Shown here one piece after another: positions 10,618 to 22,742 of a DNA stretch of 33,449 nt. A program made the translations under genes and the position numbers. Below the pieces are notes generated by a model. The model was given only the letters and a program-made list of their open reading frames with translations, searched no databases and was not told the DNA's origin. Position 1 is the stretch's first letter; every line of letters begins with the position of its first letter. Origin of the DNA: Octopus bimaculoides (Eukaryota); assembly GCF_001194135.2 (NCBI RefSeq), contig NC_068982.1:59977787-60011235 (forward strand). The letters run 5' to 3'.

Positions 10618-11090
10618 GCACAAGTGTGGCTGTGTGGTAAGAAGTTTGCTTCCCAACCACATGATTCCAGGTTCAGTTCCACAGCATGATACTTTGGGTA
10701 AATGTCTTCTCCAATAGCTCTGGGCCAACCAAAGCCCTGAGAGTGGCTTTAATAGATGGAAAATAAAAGAGGCTTGTTGTGCATGCGTGTATAGATATAG
10801 ATATATACACACGTACGCACGCACACACACATATATACTTACGCATACATATATATAAATATAGCCAGATGTGTGTATTTGTGTATGTGTTTGTCTACCA
10901 CCACCACTTCACAATTGGTGTTTGTTTCTTTACACCCCCATAACTTAGTGGTTCAGCAAAACAGACTGATAGAATAAATACCAGGCTTAAAACTAGGTAC
11001 TGGGGTCGATTAGTTTAACTAAATCTTTCAAGACAGTGCCCCAGCAGACCGCAGTCTAATGACTGAAACAAGTAAAGGATAAAGAATAAA
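10618..11090 (+). mobile_element. SINE family A
   Basis: Head gtgtggctgtgtggtaagaagtttgc, internal microsatellite, tail gactgaaacaagtaaaggataaagaata. Confidence 0.85.
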
Positions 11091-11237
11091 CAATGATTTG
11101 TGTAAAGAAATGTATTTTATTATGAAACAAATTGTCATTTATTTCATTGAAAATCTTTGTTAATTAATTTCCACAATGAACACTAGATATTTCTTCTATT
11201 TATTTTTAATTTCTTATAACAAAATTTATCTACTACT

Positions 11238-11425
11238 AAGGCAGCAAGCTGGCAGAATTGTTAAAACTCTGGGTAAAATGCATAGTAGCATTTTGTCTGT
11301 CTTACATTCTAAGTTCAAATTACACCAAGGGTAACTTTGCCTTTCATCCTTTTGGGATTGATGTCATTGACTTACTCCCTCCCCTAACTTGCTGGCCTTG
11401 TGCTCAAATTTGAAAGCAATATTAC
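11238..11425 (+). mobile_element. SINE family B (diverged)
   Basis: aaggcagcaagctggcagaattgtt...aagttcaaattacaccaagggtaactttgcctttcatccttttggg. Confidence 0.75.
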
Positions 11426-13128
11426 AGCTACTGTAGTTCACATTTTATATTGTATGGGATTTAACAAACAACTTTCAGACATTTCTTCAGCAAGAAATAG
11501 GTGTAAAAGTCTCATAGATGACTACCTCATCTAGGTAACTAAATCAATTTAAGTGTAATTCATGTTTTTAAATATTCACTGCATGCCTTAACATGAATAT
11601 AAAAGAGAAAAAAATAACAAAAATAAAACAGAAGGAAAAGAACCAATAAAAATATCAACTTCAATGATTTAGTATTTTATTTGATTATTCTAGAGTCTTA
11701 TAGAATAATCTCCTGCTTGTTTGGCTTTTTTTTTCCTCACCCCCTATTTGAAATATGTCTGCTTGATTTCAATTCTGTCACAGAGATATACTACACATGA
11801 ACAACTTTCTACTCTACATTTCATAATTTTTTACAACCAGAACATTGAATTGTCACTAAATCTGACAACAATTCCAGGAAACTTTTCAAAACCACCACTC
11901 AGCATATAATTATTATTCAGTTTCTTATTACCCACCACCACCATCACCAGTAACTCCTTTTTTCTTTTTTCCTTGAATCTTCTGTCAATATATATTTCTC
12001 TTATTCATTTATTTAATTTTTTGGTTTTCAAAAAATTATAAAAGAATATTCACTCAAATGTATGTGTTAATATGATGTCTTCAACCTTTTCATTATCAGT
12101 GTTTGTTTTTATCTCTAGTTTTTTTATTTTTTATTATTTTCTCTATTTGATTATCTTTTTTTATATTTCTGTATATTAGGCAAGGTAGATAGAACAAATG
12201 TATTGATATCAAAATCTTAAAAATTATTAAGCCTCGAAAATAAAAATATCTTTTTTATGTATATTTGCTTTTCCTTTTTTTTTTTTTAGAGGATTTTATC
12301 ATTTTCCAAAAATACATACTTCACCAAGACGAACTGTGATTGCAGTTTTATCAATAAATTGTTTTAATTTTTTTCTTTGCTGCATTTTCATATTATGATA
12401 TATGTTTATTTTGAAATTTTTTTGTAGAAATAGACTGAAACCGATAATAACAGAGTAATAACTTATATTTAAAAGACAAAAATGGAAATGATAGTGAAAG
12501 CAGCAGAATCAAGAATCTAGCCCCAGAGACAAGTCCATGGTTGGTTTATAGATAAAAAAAAGTCGTTTTCTTTTTCTAAGGCTCACTGAAAATTTGATAA
12601 AAGTTATATAATAATATCTATAATAAATATTTAACTTTTCAACAGATTCAATTTGTTTTAAGAATTAACTTTGTGCTGTGTTACTTTATTTTTTATAAAT
12701 TTTGTGTCATGTTTATTTCACCGAGAATAAACTATTAAGTTATAAAACTGAATATGGTCACTTGTTTTATTTGAGTGGGCATTTTTAATTGACACCAGAG
12801 ACAAAAAAAAGTCGATAATTAACAGACCAAGAAACAGAAGATCAAACAGTCTTCAAATAATTCAGTAAAGGAGAAAAAAAATTTAAAAAATATAAAATAA
12901 CACATGCTTGGAAAACAGCTATGTTTAAGAGCAAAAGACCAAATTACCAAACAAGAATCAAAAACCAAAATTATGATTGGAATTTAATAGAGTTAAACAA
13001 GAATTTCTCACAAATTAATATAACAAAAAAGAAAAAAAAAAGACAGTATATTTCATCAATAAAGAATCAGGTTTTTATATCACTGGAAACAGGTTTTAAA
13101 CATTTTCCACGGCATTAATTTCACTTAC

Positions 13129-13168
13129 CAAAAGCAAATTCTTCCTCTAATATTTCTTTGATATGGAA
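13129..13168 (-). CDS. Candidate exon (FHIKEILEEEFAF), boundaries uncertain
   Basis: Very strong donor TTG|GTAAGT; nearest acceptor giving an open frame is a weak AAG at 13169-13171. A 132-nt alternative is discussed in findings. Confidence 0.25.
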
Positions 13169-13379
13169 CTTAAAGTTGTTATTTATACACAAGGTGTGTG
13201 TAAGCACTCATTTTCTCTTTATCTAAAATACGATGGGTTCATATCTATCCAGTAAAGACACTAAGAATCTATTACACAAACATAGTACCAAAGTCAAACA
13301 AAGTTATGTTCAGAAACAGATATTTCTGTTATGCATCTGATACATGTGTGCGTGTCTATGAGATACATATACATAGGCT

Positions 13380-13540
13380 CAGGCATTGCAGTGTGGTGTG
13401 GTAAGAAGCTTGCTTCTCAACTACGTGGTTCTGTGTTTAGTACCACTGTGTAGCACCTTGGGTAAGTGTCTTCTAATATAGTCTCGGGCTGACCAAAGCC
13501 TTGTGAGTAGATTTGGTAGACAGAAACTGAAAGAAACTTG

Positions 13541-13545
<5 letters not shown>
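13380..13545 (+). mobile_element. SINE family A 5' half
   Basis: gtgtggtaagaagcttgc...ggtaagtgtcttctaatatagtctcgggctgaccaaagccttgtgagtagatttggtagacagaaactgaaagaa. Confidence 0.85.
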
Positions 13546-13589
<44 letters not shown>

Positions 13590-13925
13590 CACATCTACAC
13601 CCAAGACCATACTAATAGCTTAAGAGTGAAATTTGGGATTTTTCGGTTTTCTGTGAATTGATTTTGATAAAATATTTCCCAACTGCTTTGCACTCCTTGG
13701 CAACACCACCATTATGTTTTCATTATTCTGTGTAACGTCCTTCTTATTTATTTCAAATTCTTCAGTTTTGGGGTGAACCACACTAATAGCTTTTGAATGA
13801 AAATATCCCATCTAGACATTTTTTTTTTTCAGAAAAGGAAGAGTAATGATACATATTAAGCATATATTGAATATATATTTAACAGAAAACCATAATAATA
13901 TTATAACATTTATTGACATAATGAA

Positions 13926-14230
13926 TTATTTAGTTACATGAGTGTCATATCAATAGATAACCTCAAAAACCCTATTAGTAATGGAATTTGTCAATTTCTT
14001 AATAGCAGCAGGCTGAACTGCCTCTGCTGCAGCTTTGATGGTCACCCATAAGTCATCTTTCAATGTGAATTGGCACCCATCAGCATAAACATCTTGTTTA
14101 ATAATGGACCAAAGATTTCAATAAGGTTGAAATCAGGAGATGTTGGCAGCCACACCATTAACTTTTCACCTTGTATGCCATAAGACTCTAGTAATGTTTA
14201 GGTGGTCCTAGCAGAGTGGGAGGGAGTATT
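13926..14230 (-). pseudogene. Tc1-like transposase C-terminal fragment with DD37E spacing (TRT-like)
   Basis: NTPSHSARTT*TLLESYGIQGEKLMVWLPTSPDFNLIE, 1-nt frameshift, then NLWSIIKQDVYADGCQFTLKDDLWVTIKAAAEAVQPAAIKKLTNSITNRVFEVIY*YDTHVTK*. Contains the Tc1 W.P.SPDLNPIENLW motif. Confidence 0.85.
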
Positions 14231-15121
14231 TGTGTGCACATGCATGTATGGAATACAGGTTTGTGTATATACGACACGTTTGAGTGTGCAATGCATATTT
14301 GTGCATGTCTGATGCATGTTTGTGTATATAAGATGCATGTTTTAGTGAGGGGTATATCTTTGAGTGAGTGAAATATGTCTACATATGTTTATACATGGTG
14401 GTGCTCCAGCATGGTCACAGTCAAAAGACAAACAAGTAAAAGAGTAAAAGAATATGTGTAATAAATATTTACATGTGTGTGAGCATAATGCATGTTTACA
14501 TGATGAATGCTTATGTTTGTGTAATGAGTCTTTAGCTGTATATATGACATGTGTATACGTTAGAGTATGTGTGTACGTGTAATGTATATGCATGTTTGTG
14601 TGTGATGCTTACAGGTCTATCTGATGCATATGTGCCTGTAAAATAAACGTGTGTTTGCGTAGTTTAGAATAGCTTTGTCTTATTTTAAAGCAACATAATA
14701 AAGTGAAATGTTACACAATGATTTTTGTATCATATGCTAAGATATAACAGTACAAATTGTTATATGTGTGTGCATATTCTTGTTTAATTGATTTGTGTAG
14801 TTGATACATTAAATGTGCACCAAATGAAGGGTTCAAGTACTCTTTGTGGAGCTGAAATAATATCTAATAATAATAGTAAATGTTTACATCAAAGTTGCAC
14901 CATTAAAACTTGCTTCTCAAAACAGTCTGTTTTCAGAAGGCTGATTCATATCTTATTGTATGGTATAAAAAAATTGGATATTGTATGATATATCATATAA
15001 TGAATATGTGTTATATCTTATATAAAAATTGTGTGTATATATGAATATATGTGTGCTAGTGTATGTCTGAATATATATTTGTAGGTATATGTATATATGT
15101 GTGTGTGTGTGTGTGTGTATG

Positions 15122-15152
<31 letters not shown>

Positions 15153-15164
15153 ATACATACATGA

Positions 15165-15202
<38 letters not shown>

Positions 15203-15366
15203 NNNNNNNNNNNNNNNNNNNNNNNNNNNNNNNNNNNNNNNNNNNNNNNNNNNNNNNNNNNNNNNNNNNNNNNNNNNNNNNNNNNNNNNNNNNNNNNNNN
15301 NNNNNNNNNNNNNNNNNNNNNNNNNNNNNNNNNNNNNNNNNNNNNNNNNNNNNNNNNNNNNNNNNN

Positions 15367-15404
<38 letters not shown>

Positions 15405-15450
15405 TTGTATGTATATATATATATGTGTATGTGCGTGTATATATATATAT

Positions 15451-15483
<33 letters not shown>

Positions 15484-15496
15484 TAGATAGATATTG

Positions 15497-15519
<23 letters not shown>

Positions 15520-15532
<13 letters not shown>

Positions 15533-16288
15533 TGTGCATCCGTTGGAACGACGAGGACCATCTGATCATCCTAGGAGGTCATCATCGGTGAGTGCAGAGA
15601 TGGCTGATAAGCCCAATCTGCACTTGGAAAGATCTGCTGCAGTGGGGACAGAGAATGGTAGCAGGTGCCAGGGCTTCAAAGCATTGTTCTGTCTGTTCTG
15701 CCTGCGCTTCTCTGCAGCAGCTTTCCTGTCACTTTCATATTGGCAGGCACCGTTGTGAACAGCGGCCCACCACTTGATCCTATCTAAAGCTGTCTGCTCC
15801 CATGATGACGGGTCAATGTTGAAGGCCTTCAGTGATACTTTTAGACTGTCTTTAAACCGTTTCCTCTGGCCGCCATGGGAGCGCTTGCCATGCTGGAGCT
15901 CATCAAACAGAAGCTTCTTGGGTATTCTGTAGTCTGGCATGCAGGCTACATGACCAGTCCAGTGAAGCTCAGTTTTCATCAGGATGGTAGGGATGCTTGG
16001 GAATCCGGCACTAGTGAGGACTTCTGTGTCTGGTATCCTTTCCTGCCAACTTATGCCAAGTAGTTTCCTCAGCTGGTGGTGTGGAAGTGATTTAGTTTTT
16101 TGGCGTGGTGTTGGTAGACAGTCCACGACTCACATCCATAGAGTTGGGTAGTGAGTACGACAGCTTTGTAGACCTTGATATTTGTCATGAAGGTGATGCC
16201 TCTTCTGTCCCATACATTCTTGTGGAGTCTGCCGAAGGCAGCACTTGCTTTGGCGAGTCTGGTGTTGATCTCATCGTCAATGACTACA
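15520..16288 (-). mobile_element. RTE-1/BovB-like LINE, 5'-truncated, 3' end intact
   Basis: IDDEINTRLAKASAAFGRL...LYGCESWTVY...WTGHVACMPDYRIPKKLLFDELQHGKRSHGGQRKRFKD..., then C2H2 finger CPHCSRSFQVQIGLISHLCTHR* (stop 15582-15584), short 3'UTR and (CA)n tail. Two frameshifts (~16077, ~15672) and no in-frame stops. Confidence 0.93.
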
Positions 16289-16349
16289 TTGCGTGGCACC
16301 TTGGGCAAGTGTCTCCTACAATAGTCTCGGGCCGACCAAAGCCTTGTGA

Positions 16350-16350
<1 letters not shown>
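16288..16350 (+). mobile_element. 5'-truncated SINE family A piece fused to the LINE 5' end
   Basis: gcgtggcaccttgggcaagtgtctcctacaatagtctcgggccgaccaaagccttgtgagt. Confidence 0.85.
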
Positions 16351-16379
<29 letters not shown>

Positions 16380-16386
<7 letters not shown>

Positions 16387-16514
16387 CATATGTGAATATA
16401 TGAATATGTGAATATATGTATATGTGAATATATATATATATATGTATATGTGAATATGTGAATATGTATATGTGAATATGTATATGTGAATATGTGAATA
16501 TACATATATATATA
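16380..16514. repeat. Compound (ATATGTGA)n/(ATATGT)n satellite
   Basis: Direct reading. Confidence 0.9.
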
Positions 16515-16645
16515 NNNNNNNNNNNNNNNNNNNNNNNNNNNNNNNNNNNNNNNNNNNNNNNNNNNNNNNNNNNNNNNNNNNNNNNNNNNNNNNNNNNNNN
16601 NNNNNNNNNNNNNNNNNNNNNNNNNNNNNNNNNNNNNNNNNNNNN

Positions 16646-16953
16646 TGGTCTCTTTTGCCAAACTGCTAAGTTACGGGGATGTAAACACACCAGCATCGGT
16701 TGTCAAGCGATGTTGGGGAGGACAAACACAGACACACAAACACACACACACAAACACACACACACACACACATATATATATACATATATACAACAGGCTT
16801 CTTTCAGTTTCCGTCTACCAAATCCACTCACAAGGCTTTGGTCAGCCCAAGGCTATAGTAGAAGACACTTGCCCAAGATGCCACGCAGTGGGACTGAACC
16901 CGGAACCATGTGGTTGGTAAGCAAGCTACTTACCTCACAGCCACTCCTACGCC
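16646..16953 (-). mobile_element. SINE family A, young copy, tail lost in gap
   Basis: Near reverse complement of 5621-6030. Confidence 0.9.
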
Positions 16954-17747
16954 TATATATATATATCTTATCAATAGATAGATAGATAAATAGATACATA
17001 CATACATATTTGTCTGTGTTTTGGCAATGTATACATACACACACCCACAAGTGTTCTGGTGAGAAGTAAACAAAAATATATGATATAAGATTATTTCTGT
17101 TTGAATGTATATCTTTCATATATTAAAAAGAAGTAATAATGACTATAAAAAAAAAACAGTAACAGACACACACACATGCATAAACACATATATTTATCCA
17201 TAATTGTATATAGATAGATATATGGACAATTCAATAGTCCATTATATGTCTATATCTACAAGTGTATATGTGAGTCTTTATAATACGAGAACATGAATGA
17301 GTATGTATTAGTCATCAACAAATATCAATAGAATTATCATTGGCCATTATTTGCAGTCAATTTATTACATTTGTTTTTAAAATGAAATGTTAATTTCCTT
17401 TGAAGGATTGAGGCAGACATTATTTATCAAAGAATCAAAACAAAATCAAATAATAAAATCATGATTGTACCATTCCATATTAGACAGAAATCAAACTGAG
17501 GTTACTGACACCCAGAGATAAACATCTTCATTTGTTGAATGTCCCTGCTAAGATTGCTTCAAAAAAAAAAACCTTAACCATCTTGCTTAATTCTATAAAA
17601 AAAAAAAGAAAAGAATAACAAAAATGAAAGAAAACAATGATTTTTGTATTCGATTAATTTTATCATTTGTTTAATAAATAGAGCAAAAGAAGGAAGCACT
17701 ACAATAAACAGATAAGGAACCCACTACAGTGATTGTCTATTGATATA

Positions 17748-17751
<4 letters not shown>

Positions 17752-17817
<66 letters not shown>

Positions 17818-18260
17818 ATAATACTCAAGAGGAGACTTGCATGTGGAAATACTTGGAAAGGAATAGAGACCTTTAGTGTGGGAACAATCACATCACCATC
17901 AACAATCTGTGCTATCTGCACAACCACTGTTGCAATAGTCATCCTCATCGTCATCGTCATCATTGTTATCATCTCATATTCAGTATCATCATCATTATCA
18001 TCATCATCACTGTCAGTGCCCTTGTTGTCGTTGTTGGTATCTTCATCTTCGTCATTATCCTTATCACCATAGTAGTCATTTATCATCATCAGTATCAACA
18101 TCATCATCGTCATCATCATCCTCTTTGTCATCATCATTATCATTGTCGGTGCCTTGTCACAGTAGTCATCATCATCACCATAGTCATTGTTATCATCATC
18201 ATCATCATCATCATTACTATCACAATCATCATCGTTATCATTATCATCATCAGCAGCAGC
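17752..18260. repeat. (AAT)n tract (17752-17822) and degenerate (ATC)n region (17935-18260)
   Basis: Direct reading; source of poly-Leu, poly-His and poly-Ser ORFs. Confidence 0.9.
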
Positions 18261-18409
18261 AGTATTATTATCTTGGCCATTTTAATTTCTATTTATTTCC
18301 ATATTCAGAATGAACTTTAACCTAGTTCTTCTCTCTCTATCTTTTACTATCCACATCCATTAACTAGCATCTTCTTCCATCACGACTATTTCCATTCCAT
18401 CACAATTTA

Positions 18410-18590
18410 TCATTATTATATTCTGTGCAATCTTTGTCCTGTTTCTTCTTCCTCATCATTACTAATATCATGATTTCCATGTCACTCTTTACATCATCAT
18501 CATCATCATTCACTATCACTGCTATCATTATCATCATCATAACCGTCATCATTGTTGCTGTTGTTGTTGTTGTCATTATCATCATCATCA
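18410..18590. repeat. Degenerate (ATC)n/(GTT)n low-complexity tract
   Basis: Direct reading. Confidence 0.85.
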
Positions 18591-19020
18591 AGCCAAATTT
18601 ATTATTTCATTTACATAACCTTCATTAAACATGTGAAAGTTAGCTAAACAAAAATAGATTGCAGAAATATCCATACATGCACACACATACACATATACAC
18701 ACACACATATGCATATATTTGTGTATGCACATGGTTCATGTATATGTGTATGTATGTGCATGCATGCATATATACGTACATACATATATACATATTTTGT
18801 TGTGTCTAGCGAAAGTCACTACACAAATATTAATAACACATGCACTGGTTCAATTCCACTCTTTTATTATTAGTCAGTTGGTTAAATATCTATCCAACTC
18901 ACGAACTGAGCGGGAAGTCACTAAAAAGGGTGTGAATGACAACAAAAGAACATTGACAAAAAATAAAAAAATTGGCTGTTTAACCAACAAGTTAAACAAA
19001 TGATTGATTAGTTAGTTGGA

Positions 19021-19330
19021 TCATCATTATCATCATCATCGTTTAACGTCCACTTTCCATGCTAGCATAGGCTGGGCGATTTGACTGAGGACTGGTGAAC
19101 CAGATGGCTACACCAGGCTCCAATCTGATTTGGCAGAGTTTCTACAGCTGGATGCCCTTCCTAATGCCAACCACTCCGAGAGTGTAGTGGGTGCTTTTAC
19201 GTGCCACCGGCACGAAGGCCAGTCAGGCGGTACTGGCAATGGCCACGCTCATAATGGTGTATTTTACATGCCACCTGCACAGGAGCCAGTCCAGCAGCAC
19301 TGGCAACAATCTCGCTCGAATGTCTTTACA
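19021..19330 (-). mobile_element. Non-autonomous element sharing the RTE 3' tail (SINE family D or RTE 3'UTR)
   Basis: catcatcatcgtttaacgtccactttccatgc...tttctacagctggatgcccttcctaatgccaacc, homologous to 9085-9250. Confidence 0.8.
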
Positions 19331-19500
19331 AGTGCTGAGTGGAATTGAACCAGTGCATGTGTTTTTAATATTGACATAATTACTGTCCCTAGACACAACA
19401 TAATTTGTTTCAACACAGGAATTCACATAAAGAATCTTGCAAATCAAATGCAAAACGAAGTATGTACATACATACATTGTTTATATTACTACACTATATG

Positions 19501-19730
19501 TCATTAGAATGAGTGACAGCAGAACACCAAAAATCCTTATGTGTAGTTAGATCCATGATGGAAGGAAAAGCTTAGTAAGACCATTGCATAGGTACAAGAA
19601 TAAACATAAAGCTAACTTGAAAGTGACAAAGATACCCACAGGAACATCTGAGAAAAAAATAACTGCATTGAGTCACAAAGAATGATGGTCTTAACTTGCT
19701 ATAAAGCCAGAAAGACTATGAGTTGGGTTG
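19501..19730 (+). mobile_element. Degenerate RTE LINE 3' coding fragment
   Basis: IRMSDSRTPKILMCS*IHDGRKSLVRPLHRYKNKHKANLK resembles RMPD.R.PK..LYGEL..G.R..GRP..RYKD.LK. Confidence 0.65.
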
Positions 19731-20450
19731 TTGCCAAACTTCACATGACAGTTTTCATCACAACTGTCCAACGAATAGGAATATGAAACTCTGATTAACA
19801 GTTTTTGGGACAATTTTGCAGCTTTAATAAAAGCATATTACTCTACCTTTGGTATTTGAGTACTATATTTACCACCTTGTTTTGCACTTATGTGCTCACC
19901 TCTGTGTGTATATATATATATATATATATATACATAAGGAAAAGGTTGATAGTGAATTCAAAGTTACAACTTCCTAGGTGGCTGTGGTTTACTTTAGTCC
20001 TTCTGGGTTGATGTATAGCTTTTTGCAGGATGTTAATACACCTCTGACAGGTGAAGTAATGTAAATGAAAATTAGGTGTGGTGTAAATAGACAGGTAAAA
20101 TAATTGTGTAGGAATGTGGAGATGAAGTAGGACAAGAGGAAATAATATGTTTTGGGGGATCGGGGATGAAATAAAGAGATGGTGGAGAGTTTATCTGGTT
20201 TGCTATGAATTTTTTTCTTATTATTATTTGAGTTCAGTTCGGCATATAGGTAAAAGAGCCAACTTTTATAAGGGATTTTATGGCAGACTTATCATACTCA
20301 CATCACAAGTTTTATTAGTTGAAGCTTTTCTTATTACTAATCAAGATTCATCATGTATAGGATGGTGTTTTGTTATTTCAGGGGCCTTAAATATGTTTCT
20401 AGATGACATATGTTTCAATATGTCAAAGAGTGTAGATCAGAGAGTGGTCA

Positions 20451-21155
20451 ATGTTAGCGTTTGATATGCAACGTCAGTGTGCATGTACAACAGAGTGTAA
20501 ATGCCTTGAGAGAAAAGTTGGGCATAAGAAGCATCAGACATGGTATGCAAGAGAGACAATTGTGTTGGTATGGTCATGTGATGTGTATGGGTGTGGACAG
20601 CTTCTGAAAAAGTACTAATCTCTACTAGTGGAAGGAAGCTGTGAAAGAGGGAAATCCAGAAAGACATGGGACAAGGTCGTGAAGCATGATCTTTGGAAGT
20701 TAAATGGTGGCAATGACTGGTGACTGAGACATTAGGCATTATGTCATGCTTGAGAAGACACGTCAAGCCAAATGAAATTTTAGTTGTGGCCATTATTGGT
20801 GTCACGTAACTGGCAAGTAAAAAGAACGTTTCAAGTGTTGGGCCTCACGGAGGCAATGTGGCTGATGCTGGTGTTGTGTAACTGGCACCTGTTCTGGTGG
20901 CATGTGAAAAACACCTTTAGAGTGCTGGGCCTCATGGAGGCAATGACAAATGACCAAGACCTTTGGCAATATCCTGTGCTTGAGAAGAAGACCCAACAAG
21001 ACAAGTAAAATCGTACTTGTGGCAGATATTGGTGTCACATAACTGGCACCCATGACGGTGGCACATAAAAGCATGTCTGGTGCAGCTCCTCAGCTTACCA
21101 GCCCAGCTCAAACTGTCCAACTTATGCCAGCATGGACAGCAGATGTTAAATGATG
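20451..21155 (+). mobile_element. RTE LINE 3' end with internally duplicated 3'UTR
   Basis: CNVSVHVQQSVNALREKLGIRSIRHGMQERQLCWYGHVMCMGVDSF..VEGSCERGKSRKTWDKVVKHDL; same family as 9085-9648; ends in a GAT-rich tail. Confidence 0.8.
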
Positions 21156-21166
21156 CTGATGATAAT

Positions 21167-21204
<38 letters not shown>

Positions 21205-21239
21205 CATTATATGTGTATACGCACATATTTACACCTGTG

Positions 21240-21298
<59 letters not shown>

Positions 21299-21628
21299 NN
21301 NNNNNNNNAGTAAAAAAATTCTGTTACTTCTGAAACAAAGATCACCAGCATACCTCCAAATAAAAGGAGTTTGAATAATTATTTCAGTACAGAAGAAATA
21401 AATAACTGAACTTGGTAATTTATGTAGCATGATAGAGAAGATTTAAAACATAACTCACAAATATAAGTATGCATGTTCAATTGAAATTGAACATTATTAG
21501 ATGGAAAACATTAATATGTTTACATTTACCTCGATTTGAAATTTAGAACGAATTTATTTATATATTTGATTATGTATATTTGCTTATATATTTGAGAAGA
21601 GGAAATGGGAGAGAGGAGAGAAAGGAGA

Positions 21629-21681
<53 letters not shown>

Positions 21682-21794
21682 ATAACAGATAATTTTGAAA
21701 GAAGTTTTACATTTAAAACTGTGTAAATGCATACATTAAAACAAAAATGTTTTGGTAGAGAAAAACTAGAAAAGATAAAGAGGATTAGTCTCAC

Positions 21795-21865
21795 TTGAGT
21801 ATTTATAACTTGAATGTCATACCATTCTCCTTGGCATCTCCCAAACTGGCTACTATCCAAGACAA
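21795..21865 (-). CDS. Candidate exon (xVLDSSQFGRCQGEWYDIQVINTQ), phase 1 to 0
   Basis: Acceptor tatttcccattctgtcag, donor CAA|GTGAGA, 71 nt, only one open frame, non-repetitive sequence. Protein not recognised. Confidence 0.42.
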
Positions 21866-22304
21866 CTGACAGAATGGGAAATATAAACCCTTAGAATAGA
21901 ACAAGGAATATGTTTGATGATGTTGCAATAAAAAAATAAAATTATGAAGAAATTCCAAGTCATATAGGTTTGTAATGTATCAATGTGCCAAGCTCAACAC
22001 TGTTTTCTAGAGTCTGTAAAGTCAAAATTGACATAGGAATGGGACTTGTTAATCTGTTTAATACGAAATTTGAATGAAAATTGATTCAATTAAATTAAAC
22101 ATGACAACAATGAAGCTGATATTTATCAAACAAACAAGAAAAGGATCATGTAAATAAGAAATACATCAGATATTAACAGTTTTAATGATAATAATGTATA
22201 TATCTAAATGCTATATAATATTCTTAATATCCTCAGTATTAAAAGGTTCCTTTCACTGCTCACATGAGTAAAAGTTATCTTCCATTACCTTTTGTGGTTA
22301 ATTC

Positions 22305-22742
22305 ATTTATTCTTTTACTTGTTTTAATCATTTGACTGTGGCCATACTGGAGCACCACCTTAAACGGTTTTAGTCAAAGAAATTGACACCAGGAATTATT
22401 CTTTGTAAGCCATGTACTTATTCTATCAGTTTCTTTGGCTGAATCACTAAGTTACAGGGATGTCAACACACCATCATCGGTTAGTGGGGGACAAACATGG
22501 ACACAAAGACACATACACATACATACATACATACATATATATATAAATAATACAAATGATATATAAGCATATGCATGTATACATACATATATGTACATAC
22601 CTACATCTACATGTATATATAGATGCATATCCGGGTACAGGACATTAGAAAGATAAACGGGGACATAAAAACAAAACGGACTTTGTTTACAGACAACAGA
22701 ACGAACACATAGGAAAACAAACAAGCCACTTGGAATTATTCC

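Noticed and set aside
14953-15758. Long ORFs rich in YI/IY/VC/HT (also 5653-6001, 16284-16985, 21080-21430, 28332-28682, 32219-32522)
   Set aside because: Translations of (TA)n/(TG)n/(CA)n microsatellites and N gaps.
17751-18628. Poly-His, poly-Ser, poly-Asp and poly-Leu ORFs
   Set aside because: Products of (ATC)n/(AAT)n trinucleotide tracts; no unique coding context.
19960-20400. Possible degraded Penelope RT on the minus strand (LVIRKA..., IISSCPT...)
   Set aside because: Motif similarity is too weak and fragmented to support without a profile search.
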